DNA of 63,607 nucleotides, filler included, from Octopus bimaculoides (lineage: Eukaryota): assembly GCF_001194135.2 (NCBI RefSeq). It is 6 parts of 5 records of this genome, joined end to end, with 100 filler letters (N's around TTAATTAATTAA, not from the genome) between each part and the next. Parts side by side here need not be neighbours in the genome. Positions count along the whole stretch, not along the records: positions 20,675 to 52,573 come from NC_068982.1; 5 more parts are not named here. One strand, given 5' to 3'. The notes beneath the pieces are model-generated. The model saw nothing but the letters and a program-made list of their open reading frames with translations, was not told where the DNA came from and ran no database searches. The position numbers and the translations under genes were made by a program. This document shows positions 38,940 to 51,062 of the stretch, piece by piece. The first letter of the stretch is position 1. Every line of letters starts with the position of its first letter.

Positions 38940-39527
38940 GATGTTAATTCGATGTCAAGCAAACGTAAATCAGATGTTAATGGTTTATTAAGTGTCCATT
39001 GGTCTGCTTTTCATTTCCGACAAGATGTATCTTTACACAATTATTGGAGCGTGAAGCGCTTCTCATGAACGCACGTTCGTGAGATGGTTATGATATATAA
39101 ATAGTTTTGAATAGGAACCAGAAAGAGAAGTATGAACACGCAATACGCATTTGCACACTGATTCAGAAAATGGAAGAGAAGAATAAAAACGCAATGCGCA
39201 TGTCAAAGTAAAATGGAAGAAGAGAATAAAACAAGTTATATGATGGTCTGCATGTTACGTCTGCCACCACTATCAGGCAGCTTTGCTGAAGTTTTCTTGT
39301 TTGAAATGTGGACATAAGTAAATCTCGTCCCTCGAATTTATGTATCCTTTCTCCCTTAATGTAAAGACAAATGCAAGTAGAAGGTGATTGTCCCTTTGAA
39401 GGAAAGGCCAGGTAGAGTAGACTTAGGCGGGAATAGCTACAAAGACAACTAGTACTGCTACTATTCATAACAATAAGAGCAACAACAACAATACCAACAA
39501 CAACAGCAATAACAGCAACAACAGGCA

Positions 39528-39726
39528 GCACAAGATCTGAAACTTTTGGGGCGGGTGGTAGTCGATGATATCGACTCCAGTACTCGACTAGGACTTATTT
39601 TATCGATCTCGAAGGATGAAAGGCAAGGTCGATCTTAGAGGAATTTGAACTCAGAACGTAAAGACGGAGGAAATGCCGATAAACATTTTGTCCGGCGTGC
39701 TAACCATTCTACCAGCTCGCCGCCTT
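39528..39726 (-). mobile_element. SINE family B, full length
   Basis: Minus-strand head AAGGCGGCGAGCTGGTAGAATGGTTAGCACGCCGG, B box GAGTTCAAATTCC, body GCCTTTCATCCTTC. Confidence 0.9.
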
Positions 39727-39745
39727 GATAATAATAATGATAAGC

Positions 39746-39958
39746 ATTTCTACAAAGGCACAAGGCCTGAAATATTTTTTTAGGGGGGGGGGGAGTCGAT
39801 TAAGTCGACCCCAGTACGCAACTGATATTTAATATATCGACCCCCGAGAGGATGAGAAGCAAAGTCGACCTCAGCGGAATTTGAACTCAGAAAGTAATGG
39901 CAGACGTAATGCCGCTAAGCACTTTGTTCGGTGTGTTAACGATTCTACCAGCTCGCCG
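39746..39958 (-). mobile_element. SINE family B, full length, directly adjacent to the previous copy
   Basis: Same head, B box and tail (CCTTGTGCC). Confidence 0.9.
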
Positions 39959-39974
39959 AAAAGATGATAATAAT

Positions 39975-40009
39975 AATAGTAACAACAACAACAACAACAA
40001 CAACAATAA

Positions 40010-40044
<35 letters not shown>

Positions 40045-40049
40045 ATAAT

Positions 40050-40100
<51 letters not shown>

Positions 40101-40424
40101 TATCACTGTAGCAAAAACATCAAACGAAACACTAAGAACCGCAAAACCAACAACAGCATTACCACCACTACTTTCGTCGTTTTCTTCTCCTTCCTCTGTA
40201 AGAGAACAAAAAATGCAACAACAACAAAACAACGATGGCAACAACAACAACAACAACAATAAAAGAATTAGAACATTTTTGCGGCAGCATCAAGAGACAC
40301 AAAACAGCAAGAATTTCTCCATCTGCTTTTGCAGCATCTGCTAAGTTCATTGGTAAGGCGTGCACAACACGCATGTTTCTTTTAGTGCAGGTCTCTCAGC
40401 CCCAATGTGTGTGTACGTGTGAGT

Positions 40425-40465
<41 letters not shown>
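39975..40465. repeat. Compound (AAC)/(TAG)/(AAT)n tracts and (GA)n
   Basis: Direct reading. Confidence 0.9.
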
Positions 40466-40486
<21 letters not shown>

Positions 40487-40701
40487 CAGAGAGAGAAGAA
40501 GAAGAAGAAGATAGGTAGGTGATAAAAAGCGATAAGTGTGAAGTGATTTTGCTAACGTATTTTTAGGGTATTCTCTTAAATCTCCAGAAATACAAATAAA
40601 TAAATGAAATAAAAATAAATGAAATGAAATAAAATAGAAACAAACAATTAGCTGGTCGTGTAAGATGGTTTACACCCCTCACTTGGTATACCCCTCACTT
40701 G

Positions 40702-40925
40702 GTCATTGGACTGTGGCCAAGCTGGGGCACCGCTTTGAAGGGTGTAAGTCGAACAAATCAGCTTAGTTCTAATTGATTTTTAAAGTCTGGTACAATATAT
40801 ATATATAGGTCCCTTTTTCTGAATCACTATGTTGCGGGAAAGTAAACAAACCAATACCGGTTTTCAAGTAGTGGAGGGAAGAGGTGGGCAAACACGAAGG
40901 GATAAATACACACACAGACACACAA
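40702..40925 (-). mobile_element. Diverged SINE family A, 3' half
   Basis: GGCCAAGCTGGGGCACCGC...GTCGAACAAATC...GTAAACAAACCAATACCGGTT. Confidence 0.7.
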
Positions 40926-40959
40926 CGCATGTATGTGTGAAGCCTGTCGTGTGTTTGTT

Positions 40960-41028
<69 letters not shown>

Positions 41029-41033
41029 ACAGC

Positions 41034-41160
41034 GGCCGCTTAGCTTAATGGTACAAAGCACTCAGCCGGTATCCGAGAAGTTCGAGGTTCGGTTCCCCGC
41101 AGCAGCAACATTTTTTAACGGCAGTGCCCCAGCATGGCCGCAGCTGAAACTAGTAAAGAA
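41034..41160 (+). mobile_element. Short SINE: tRNA-like head joined directly to the family-A 3' tail
   Basis: GGCCGCTTAGCTTAATGGTACAAAGCACTCAGCCGGTATCCGAGAAGTTCGAGGTTCGGTTCCCCGCAGCAGCA folds as an imperfect cloverleaf, followed by GGCAGTGCCCCAGCATGGCCGCAG...GAAACTAGTAAAG. Confidence 0.75.
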
Positions 41161-41224
41161 TATATATATATATTTATGTGAGTTTGTGTGTGTAAGGTGT
41201 GTGTGTATATCAATGTACGTATCT

Positions 41225-41434
41225 TTGTGTCTGTGTTTGCTCCCCCCCCAGTACTGTTCGACAACCGGTGTTGGTGTGTTTACGTCCACGTAACTTAGGA
41301 GTTCGACAAAAGTGCCCGATAGAATAAGTACCAGGCTTTAGCAAATAAGTCTTGGGCTCGATTTGTTCGACTAAAATCCTTCAAGGCAATACCCCAGCAT
41401 GGCCGCAGTCAAGGATGAATTAAACAAGTAAAAG
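41225..41434 (+). mobile_element. SINE family A, 3' half
   Basis: GACAACCGGTGTTGGTGTGTTTACGTCC...GATAGAATAAGTACCAGG...CAGCATGGCCGCAGTC. Confidence 0.88.
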
Positions 41435-41439
41435 ATATA

Positions 41440-41582
41440 TATACACAACGTGCTTCCACATAGTTTCCTTCTACGAAATTCACTCACAAGGTATTAGTCG
41501 GCTCTATACTATTGTACAAGGCAAGACTCTGGCCCAAAGTCTTGTGCAGTGGGACTGAACCTGAAACCACATGTTGGAAACC
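41440..41582 (-). mobile_element. SINE family A, 5' half, diverged
   Basis: AATTCACTCACAAGG...GCAGTGGGACTGAACC. Confidence 0.7.
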
Positions 41583-42823
41583 AAAAAGAAAAAAAAAATT
41601 AAAAAGGATAATCATGAAAATTCGACTACAATTATTATTGTTGATCCTCTTGTAGTTGCTTTTTCTAAAGCTTCAACTTGATATTTCGACGATGAACATT
41701 CCATCTTAATCTACCCTCGCATATATTATCAATTGTATGCTTTTTGTCTCTGTTTTGAATGGCAGGGTGAGATTTGTTGGATATTTGGGTGCTATATTAA
41801 GCAATTTGAGTGATTTTGTAGAGGTTCCCACAATGGTCTGAGGTATAATATAGAATATGTAGAGAGTAAATACTTATTGTAGTATAACCCCAATTTGGCT
41901 GAGAGAAAGAAAGAGAGAGTTAAATAAAAGACATTTCAACAAATGGTGCAACTGTTATATATATATATATATATATATNNNNNNNNNNNNNNNNNNNNNN
42001 NNNNNNNNNNNNNNNNNNNNNNNNNNNNNNNNNNNNNNNNNNNNNNNNNNNNNNNNNNNNNNNNNNNNNNNNNNNNNNNNNNNNNNNNNNNNNNNNNNNN
42101 NNNNNNNNNNNNNNNNNNNNNNNNNNNNNNNNNNNNNNNNNNNNNNNNNNNNNNNNNNNNNNNNNNNNNNNNNNNNNNNNNNNNNNNNNNNNNNNNNNNN
42201 NNNNNNNNNNNNNNNNNNNNNNNNNNNNNNNNNNNNNNNNNNNNNNNNNNNNNNNNNNNNNNNNNNNNNNNNNNNNNNNNNNNNNNNNNNNNNNNNNNNN
42301 NNNNNNNNNNNNNNNNNNNNNNNNNNNNNNNNNNNNNNNNNNNNNNNNNNNNNNNNNNNNNNNNNNNNNNNNNNNNNNNNNNNNNNNNNNNNNNNNNNNN
42401 NNNNNNNNNNNNNNNNNNNNNNNNNNNNNNNNNNNNNNNNNNNNNNNNNNNNNNNNNNNNNNNNNNNNNNNNNNNNNNNNNNNNNNNNNNNNNNNNNNNN
42501 NNNNNNNNNNNNNNNNNNNNNNNNNNNNNNNNNNNNNNNNNNNNNNNNNNNNNNNNNNNNNNNNNNNNNNNNNNNNNNNNNNNNNNNNNNNNNNNNNNNN
42601 NNNNNNNNNNNNNNNNNNNNNNNNNNNNNNNNNNNNNNNNNNNNNNNNNNNNNNNNNNNNNNNNNNNNNNNNNNNNNNNNNNNNNNNNNNNNNNNNNNNN
42701 NNNNNNNNNNNNNNNNNNNNNNNNNNNNNNNNNNNNNNNNNNNNNNNNNNNNNNNNNNNNNNNNNNNNNNNNNNNNNNNNNNNNNNNNNNNNNNNNNNNN
42801 NNNNNNNNNNNNNNNNNNNNNNN

Positions 42824-42882
<59 letters not shown>

Positions 42883-43662
42883 TATATATATATGAAGAAA
42901 AAAACAAAATAAAATCACAACAAAAAGTGAATGTAATAGTAAATGATTAAATAAATAAGTACAAAACTAACTAAACGAATAATTCGCTTGATGGATTTAT
43001 CTAGCAAAATATGTTGGCCGGAATGCATTTCAAGTAATTTCTTCGCGTATGTATCTATTAATCTATCTATTTTTCATATATTTCAATACACACAGTCTCT
43101 TTTCAAACATATATATATAAACACATGCACAAACACACACACGCATACATAGTATACATTATTGTTGTCATGAGCAGACACTTTTTTATATATACATTTT
43201 TACGTTATTTAATATGAAGGCATATATGCCTATGTCTATATGTATATTTTAAACACACACAAACATACTTGTCTGTGTATGTATAAATATACTTACCTGT
43301 ATGCTCTGAGTGTGTATATGTGTATACTATTTTAGAATACAGCAGTTGTGTAATTTGGGATATGACTCACTATTCACTATTTTGCACATTTGGTGTGTTT
43401 ATAACCTAGACTCATGGTACATATATGCCTGTGTACTTTTCTGAGTAAATTCCGTATCTGAATTGTTTGTTATTATTCATAAACCACCTAAATTTTATGC
43501 AACATTCTTCCTCTCATCAGTTTGCTTTACGTCGTTTCTGTCTTTTATTTTGCTTGTCTGCTTAAATATATAGATGAGAGCTAACATTATATATCTCGTT
43601 CTTATTTGATATACTGAGAAGAGTATAGTAAGTACTGTCTCGAGTCCTGTGACTCAGAGAGT

Positions 43663-43811
43663 TAATTACATGGTTTCCATGGCGTATAAGTGACCGAGAT
43701 CACAACATTCCCTCTGAAGGACATCAGTTCGTCACAAGATTATTCATTTACTGCTGAGTGGACTGGAGCAACGTGAAATGAATGATTTTTTTTCTTTGCA
43801 CAAAAACACAA
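43663..43811 (-). mobile_element. SINE family E body and tail fragment
   Basis: GAGTGGACTGGAGCAACGTGAAAT and GGCGTATAAGTGA are shared with 29765-29990 and 46417-46640. Confidence 0.65.
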
Positions 43812-43821
43812 GTTTAATGAC

Positions 43822-44010
43822 TTCTAATCAAGGCACAAATGCCAGCAATTTCTAGGGGAGGCGTCTTAGTCGATTACATAGACTACAATACTTGACTGAT
43901 TCTATGGCTGATGTACATCAGCAGGATTAGAACTCAGAATTTAAAGAATCGAAAGATATGCCAAAATGCATTATCTCGTCGTTCTAACAATTCTGTCAGT
44001 TCGCTGACTT
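43822..44010 (-). mobile_element. SINE family B, diverged, internally deleted
   Basis: GGCACAA...TAGTCGATTACATAGAC...GAACTCAGAA...CTAACAATTCTGTCAGTTCGCTG. Confidence 0.7.
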
Positions 44011-44112
44011 AAGCAAAGTTTAATTAATAAACATTTTACTTATACATACCGCTTGGAGACGAAAGCATTAACTCGGAGACTATTACTAATTTAATCGGGT
44101 CTTTTGTTAAGC

Positions 44113-44286
44113 CAGGGGTCCCCAAACTTTTTAGACCATCAACCCCTTCATGGAATCCTTGACCTCTCATCGATCCCCAGGCATGTATATGAAAATAAAT
44201 AATAATAATAATAATAAAGTAGATGTACAGTTTCAGGCCTTTATCGACAGCTTGAATAGTCCCATCAACCACTTTAGCAACCCCTG
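44113..44286. mobile_element. hAT-superfamily MITE (174 bp) with perfect 8-bp TSD
   Basis: Ends CAGGGGTCCCCAAA and TTTAGCAACCCCTG (10 of 14 match as an inverted repeat). TSD TGTTAAGC at 44105-44112 and 44287-44294. Confidence 0.88.
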
Positions 44287-44299
44287 TGTTAAGCAGAGT

Positions 44300-44720
44300 G
44301 GAAAGACTGCACGTTTCAGGCTACTTAGGCCTCCTCAATTTTCCCATATTCTTAGATCTTGCAGCGAATCATTCTATCTATGTGCAAAAATTGTAGAAGA
44401 ATTGGTGTTTCCAGAAGATATCAAAACATTTATCAGAGCTCACAAAGTTCTTATCGCTGTTAGTCAAGGCAGCCAAGTCCCATATTATCATAGTCAGATT
44501 GTTATCATGTGAAGTGTTTGGTATACTTTTATACCATTTTCCACGTCTCGTATCGATGGGACTTCTTCTTTATGTAATGGACATAACTTCCATCTTTGTC
44601 CTATCTGTGATTAAATACCGATTTTTAAAAAATGATTGGACAGCTTAAAATGATGTAGTTAATCATTTCATTGAGCTTATTGCATAGACTGCAATCTGAT
44701 ATTGAACACTTGTTTCATTG
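44300..44720 (-). mobile_element. Relic of an R4/Dong-like non-LTR retrotransposon (zinc knuckle to RLE linker)
   Basis: Minus strand 44696-44631 reads DCSLCNKLNEMINYIILSCPII, a CX2CX8(H to Y)X4C pattern. Frameshifted DKDGSYVH and GKWYKSIP...IIWD follow. Confidence 0.6.
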
Positions 44721-44894
44721 TTTTTGTCAAATAGACTTTTGTACGTGAGACATCATTTTCAACTTCATCATTTTCAACATCATCATTTTCAACATCATCA
44801 TTTGTCAACATCATCAACTGCGAAAGGATGAAAGACAATCAAAGAGTGATGGTTTTGATTAATCCCTCTCAGTTGAAAGTTACCGGCCTTGTGC

Positions 44895-44927
<33 letters not shown>

Positions 44928-45136
44928 GGCGGTAAGCTAACAGAATCGTTAGCACGCTGAACGAAATGCTTAGCGTTATTTCGCCCGTCGCTACTTTCTG
45001 AGTTCAAATTCCGCCGTGGTTGACCTTACCTTTCAACCCTTAGGGGTCAATACAATAAGTATCAGCTGAACACTGGGGTCGATGTAATCGACTCATCACC
45101 CTCCCCAAAATTGCTGCCCTTGTGACAAAATTTGAA

Positions 45137-45205
<69 letters not shown>

Positions 45206-45207
45206 GT
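44928..45207 (+). mobile_element. SINE family B, full length, with (TTA)n tail
   Basis: GGCGGTAAGCTAACAGAATCGTTAGCACGC...GAGTTCAAATTCC...CTGGGGTCGATGTAATCGACT...(TTA)n. Confidence 0.92.
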
Positions 45208-45338
45208 TCAGTAGTTTTATTTTTATAACGTGCTTTCACTTCACTACCGAGCGCAGCTCTGTGTGCCTTGGGTATGTGCTGTGGTTTACTGTGATGCTCT
45301 TATGGTTACTGTATTGAAATATTATTATTATTATTATG

Positions 45339-45380
<42 letters not shown>

Positions 45381-46416
45381 GTTATTGTCGTTGCAGTTGT
45401 CAGCATTATTATCATCATTCGTTGGCAACTTATCAAGTCGAATTAATTGATGGTTCCAGGCAGCTCTGCAAATTCTGGATAATTTTGCCGTTTCAAAAGG
45501 TAAATGAATTCCTTCTTCAATTTCAATTAAAATAAAAATAAAAGAATATTCTCAACGTGTGGAGTCTGTTTCTTTACCAAATTAAACAAAGAATGCTGAT
45601 AATTTTGGGGATTTGTTGTTTTCCTCTTTAGAGATTTTGTAAACAATGACTTCCGCGGTAACAAGAAAATGATACAATCCGAAAACAGAAAAGAAGGAAA
45701 TCACAGTCAGTAGACTCTTGCGTCGAAATAAATAACTCTGTTCCCAACATGATACATGCGGAAAAAAATTGTTGCAGTAAATTAGAAATAAAAAAACGTG
45801 ACTTAATCCACCATAACTGCATACACATACATAAACTAAATTCTATCTATAACAGGTAGTTCGAGTTTATCTTCAGTTTTCCAGTGCCATTACTAACAGA
45901 AAAATTAAAGATGGCTGAGGTAACATAGTAGAAGTCAGTATGGTAAAGTTGTGTTATCAAGGCAGTACTATACTATTTCAGTTTATTATTTGGGGAAGAA
46001 AGAAAAAAAAAAATTCATACGTACCTGTTTCGCTTGGAACACGGACATTCCTTGTAGGAATGAAACGACACTCACAAATAGTGTTAGGTATCGAATCAAT
46101 TAACGTTATTTCAATTGGTGGAGGCAAAAATTAGAGATGCACATTATTCTCAGGAATAAGAAAGAAGCAAAAAAAAAAAGGAAGTAGCAGATGTGATACA
46201 TACCTACTCATAGGTTTGCGTCACAATAATTAGGACGGCAAAACAGGTAGGTCTAGGTTTATGATTAATGTATTGACGTCGGGTCGTGATTCGGCGTCAC
46301 CTTTGTGGTAGAGTATGGTTAGAGAGAAGGTGCTGAGGTCATGTAGTTTGTCGGGTAGCGTCCAAATGTCACATGACGACCATTATTTTATTCCAGAACT
46401 ATTTTCTGTTGTGTAG

Positions 46417-46640
46417 AGGTGCGTGGTTTAGTGGATAAGGTATTGGACTCATGATCGTAAGATTGTGGTTTCGATACCTGGATCGAACGATGCGTGGTGT
46501 TCTTGAGCAAGACACGTTGCTCCAGTCCACTAAGCAGGCAAAAGGGGGTAATCCTGTGACGAACCGGCGTCCCATTCAGGTGGGGAATATGTACGCCATG
46601 GAAAACGGCGCTGGGAGTCTATATGACTCAAGGAGGCTCT
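46417..46640 (+). mobile_element. SINE family E
   Basis: Head TGGTTTAGTGG / GGTTTCGATACC, then TTCTTGAGCAAGACACGTTGCTCCAGTCCAC and GGGGTAATCCTGTGACGAACCGGCGTCCCATTCAGG. Confidence 0.8.
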
Positions 46641-46922
46641 TTATCCTTTATCCTCCTATTCTTGGTTGTGAGTAATGGAAGAGTGATATGATTGGCAGTA
46701 TAAAGCTGAAAGCCGAGTTACTACACGTATGAAAGCAAAATTTATTTAAGGGCTTTCTTTCTGAAAAAACAAAAAGAAACAAAAAGAGAGAACAGCAAGT
46801 TCCAGAAGTTGCTTTTGTTCTTGGGGCACCATGCATCGAAACTACACTGTTGCTATATTGTGAGAGGATAAACAAGATCCCGAACGGCCATTTCTCCTAA
46901 ATATGGCACGCAGCAACATTGA

Positions 46923-46965
<43 letters not shown>

Positions 46966-46975
46966 NNNNNNNNNN

Positions 46976-47030
<55 letters not shown>

Positions 47031-47507
47031 AGACGAGAGTGGAAGATGGCGGCAACAGCAACCAGCATCAATGATTCCAGTTCCGCGAGTTGCCTGGGAA
47101 TCACTCATGACAATAAAAACAGAATATATTTCTCTCTTAGAAGTTCAACAGCCTCTGATAGAGACATCATTAACTATAATGGAGTTCGGAAGAGTGAAAC
47201 CATTAGTGTGATCTCACCAGCTTCATTATTGGCAAGATGAATACAATATCATTTGTCGTATAATATCTGCAGATCTGATTCACGAGAGAAAAGTAGTAAT
47301 CCATAATATCAATATTGAGGGATTGGATCTATTCATAAACACGACTTGTAGTAATGAGTACTTGTTCAAAAATAGGCTGAAGAAGACGTGGCCCATTCGA
47401 ACTGGACTATATAATACCTTAACACTTAACTCTGATGTTGCTAGGGACGTCTTTTGAACGCTGGGCTGTTTCAACTTAACCAACCCGAAAGCCTTCAGAT
47501 AACAATA

Positions 47508-47719
47508 CTTTCTACTATAGGCACAAGGCGTGAAATTTGTGAGAGGAACCTAGTCAATAACATCGACCTCAGTGTTCCATTGGTACTTATTTAATCGATC
47601 TTGAAAGGATGAAAGGCAAAGTCGATCTCAGTGGAATTTGAAATCAGAACGTAAAGACAGACGAAACACCGCTATGCATTTTGCCCGGCGTACTAACGAG
47701 TCCGCCAGCTCGCCGCCTT
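47508..47719 (-). mobile_element. SINE family B, full length
   Basis: Collinear with the other family-B copies. Confidence 0.9.
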
Positions 47720-48453
47720 GCAATTCATATGAAGTCGTCTAGCCTTAAGCTCACATAAAATTAAAAACAACAACAATTATTCTTTTTAAAGAGATGAAAG
47801 GCTGTCCCATTGCGTTTCGAATTTCAGGAGGCGTTATTGATATTTTCAGGGTATGGTTGGATACATGAGCAACGAACTTAATCAAAACCTCAAGTAATGC
47901 ACAACGAATTTGCTATATTGACTATAGAGTCAACTTTAAATCAGACAGTATCGAGAACTTCCTAAATTTGATTCGAAAACATTCTTTCTCAACTTACAAA
48001 CATTTGAAATCTTTTAATCGCCAAAACGTAAATGTTATTGATAGTTGCATGATTATTAAAGAGAACGTTATCGCAGGTAGCCACTAAATAAGCTTATAAA
48101 CTCAGGAGCCAATTCTGTAGACATTCATCAGAATATCTAGATAGCAGAAGGAATGATTGTAATTGCTACACTATTTTTGAAACTTTATGCCAAGCTCAGT
48201 CATTCATATACCAAGCAACAGTTTCAGTCTCGGTTGACTCACAATCCCCTATATGTTATATTGGGACCTGTGAAGGATATCCCAATAGCCCGTAGTTAAA
48301 CTATAAATCTATTTCTGGCACTCAAAATATCACAATATTAACAAGTTTAATACCTTAGTTCCATAATTTACATCTATGAATGCGCTCTTCCTCAAATTCA
48401 TGTGACTTCTGTTGTTATAAAAATATTTTATCATTGCTAAAACAACAAGCACA

Positions 48454-48753
48454 TTAAACATAAGATCAAAATTAATTCATACAGGCCGACATCAAGTTCA
48501 TTGTTTAAAGTAGCCACAGAACCACCGAGTCCTCCATTATCAAGTGTGTGTCGACCATCTTTCCGTTCATTAGAATAACGAGTCAAATATGTCTTATATA
48601 GATGTATGTCGATATGCGTAAATGCGAATTTATATATATATGTTTTCGCGTATATATGCAAGTAACAGTATTTTAGGACGCACGTATTCATGTGTGTGTA
48701 CATAGATGCATACATGTTTATAGTCTTATATTTGTGTGCATATATAAGTACAT
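48454..48753. repeat. Copy 1 of a ~300-bp direct duplication (copy 2 at 52021-52328)
   Basis: Long identical blocks such as ACAGAACCACCGAGTCCTCCATTATCAAGT and TTAGAATAACGAGTCAAATATGTCTTATATAGATGTATGTCGATATGCGTAAATGCGAATTT. Confidence 0.95.
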
Positions 48754-48773
48754 GCACATGTATATGTACGTGC

Positions 48774-48829
<56 letters not shown>

Positions 48830-49180
48830 ACATATATATTCAAGTCGTTGAGTCTGTATATCTATCAGCGAGAATATAAGTATATATGTATTACTATTTC
48901 AGTAAGTCTGCAAAATTACAAGTCTGGCAGCCTATTCAGATGTGTTGATCTATGGATGTGTCAGAAAGCATGTCTACACTATACGATGCACATATGTGTC
49001 TTCATATGAATGTTTTGTATACATTATTTGGGGGCTCATGTGGATTTGTAACCATTATCATAATTCTTTTCATCTTACGTGGTCGTAAATTTTCTGTTTG
49101 ACATAATATATAAAGTAATGTATATTCATTGTACGCGTATATGTTGTATACATACGTATACTCACACATACATACACATG

Positions 49181-49222
<42 letters not shown>

Positions 49223-49223
<1 letters not shown>

Positions 49224-49393
49224 CAGTCTGCGGTCATGCTGGAGCACTGCTTTGTCGAATGAATCGACCCCAGTACTTTTTTTTAAAGTCTGGTACTTAC
49301 GTCATCGGTGTCTTTTTACCGAACTGCTACGTTACGGGAACGTAAACAGACCAACAGGCGTTGTCAAGCGGTGGTGGGAGACAAATGCCGACA

Positions 49394-49428
<35 letters not shown>

Positions 49429-49606
49429 AAACACATACACACGTATATATAACGGTCTTCTTTCAGTTTCCATCTGCCAAATTCACTCATAAGACTTTGG
49501 TCGGGCTGAGGCTATGGAAGAGACTTGCCCAAGGTGCCACACAGTGGAACTGAACCAGGAAGCAAGTGGTTGGGAAGCAAGCTTTTTACCATACAGCCAC
49601 GCCTGC
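49223..49606 (-). mobile_element. SINE family A
   Basis: Collinear head, CORE-like segment, (CA)n and tail. Confidence 0.88.
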
Positions 49607-50996
49607 TTATGCAGATGCACACATTAAATAAATAAATATATATATATGTATGTGTGTGTGTGTTGAGTGGGGGTTACTAGGATAGTACTTGGCAATATGA
49701 TTTGATTCTACTTTCAGTATTTAGTAAATGTTCCGACCTTATTTTAAACCAACTCTAAATTAGTAACCTCAATTTAACAATTGTATTCAAAGATATATGC
49801 ACACACGCACACACACACACGCACACAGATAGATAAAATTATATATTTTTACATGTACCCTACTAGCTACAAGTATGCTGCGAAGACGTTGGTTAGATAA
49901 CATCAGTCACGAGATTTTGATCCATGAAACTACACGCTACTGTGAGCATGAAACGAGATGTGCGTCACAGACGGATGAATTTAAAACTGACATCATCCTG
50001 CATAGATATTGACTTTATCAGATTATATATATGATAGATTCAATATCTATTCACACATACACGCACGCATATATACCCACACACATCCATTCTCGCACAC
50101 ACGTGATTAAATGTACAGACGCTAACATTATATATATACACGCGCCCTTTCTCTGTCATTTTTTCTGTGCCTGTCATTTTATTGCTATCTATTTTTTCGT
50201 CTATCTCTCGCTCGTCACATACGGATGTATATTTAGATTTTTCGATGCGTACACATCCTTCATATATATNNNNNNNNNNNNNNNNNNNNNNNNNNNNNNN
50301 NNNNNNNNNNNNNNNNNNNNNNNNNNNNNNNNNNNNNNNNNNNNNNNNNNNNNNNNNNNNNNNNNNNNNNNNNNNNNNNNNNNNNNNNNNNNNNNNNNNN
50401 NNNGACAGACAGACAGACAGACAGACAGACAGAGATAGAGATAGAGAGAGAGAAGGATACATTAATATGTAAGTGTTGTGTATTTTTGTATGTGAATATA
50501 TATATATAAATGTAGGCCTGTGTGTGTATGTGTGCTTGTGTGTGCGCGCGTGTTTATGCAAGCATACGCGCACACGTACATATGAGTGCGTGATTTTAGT
50601 TTACCTTCGACTGAAGAAAAATATGGGCTCAGCCTCGAACCTGGTAAGGTCCTCAAGTGTAGGGGTTGAGGTCATTGTAAGTTTAGATTAGTTAGGTGTG
50701 ATAAATACTGCCACTGCATCGTATAAACTTCTCGTCAAAACCCCTTGTAAGATACGAAGTAAAATATGGTAGCAGAAAATAATATATCACATTTATTGCA
50801 AGCGGTCATTGCTGTATCGTTAAGGAATTCTTTTTATGATGAGGTTCCGCGTTCAAATCCCACTACAATCATGTGAATACCGTTTCGACCACATCTTCGT
50901 GACGAAACTTTTGTGAGCAAAAGATTTGGTAAACAGAATATTATCAGACGTCCAATCATTACAAACGCACACTCTCTTTCTCTCTCTAATATATAC

Positions 50997-51062
<66 letters not shown>

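Noticed and set aside
40671-40714. Short local duplications (CCCCTCACTTGGT twice; also 1150-1186, 25358-25405 and the 15-bp unit at 44750-44817)
   Set aside because: Ordinary slippage duplications with no further structure.
41034-41107. Functional tRNA gene
   Set aside because: The acceptor and T stems are mismatched, position 33 is C, and a SINE tail follows; treated as a SINE head.
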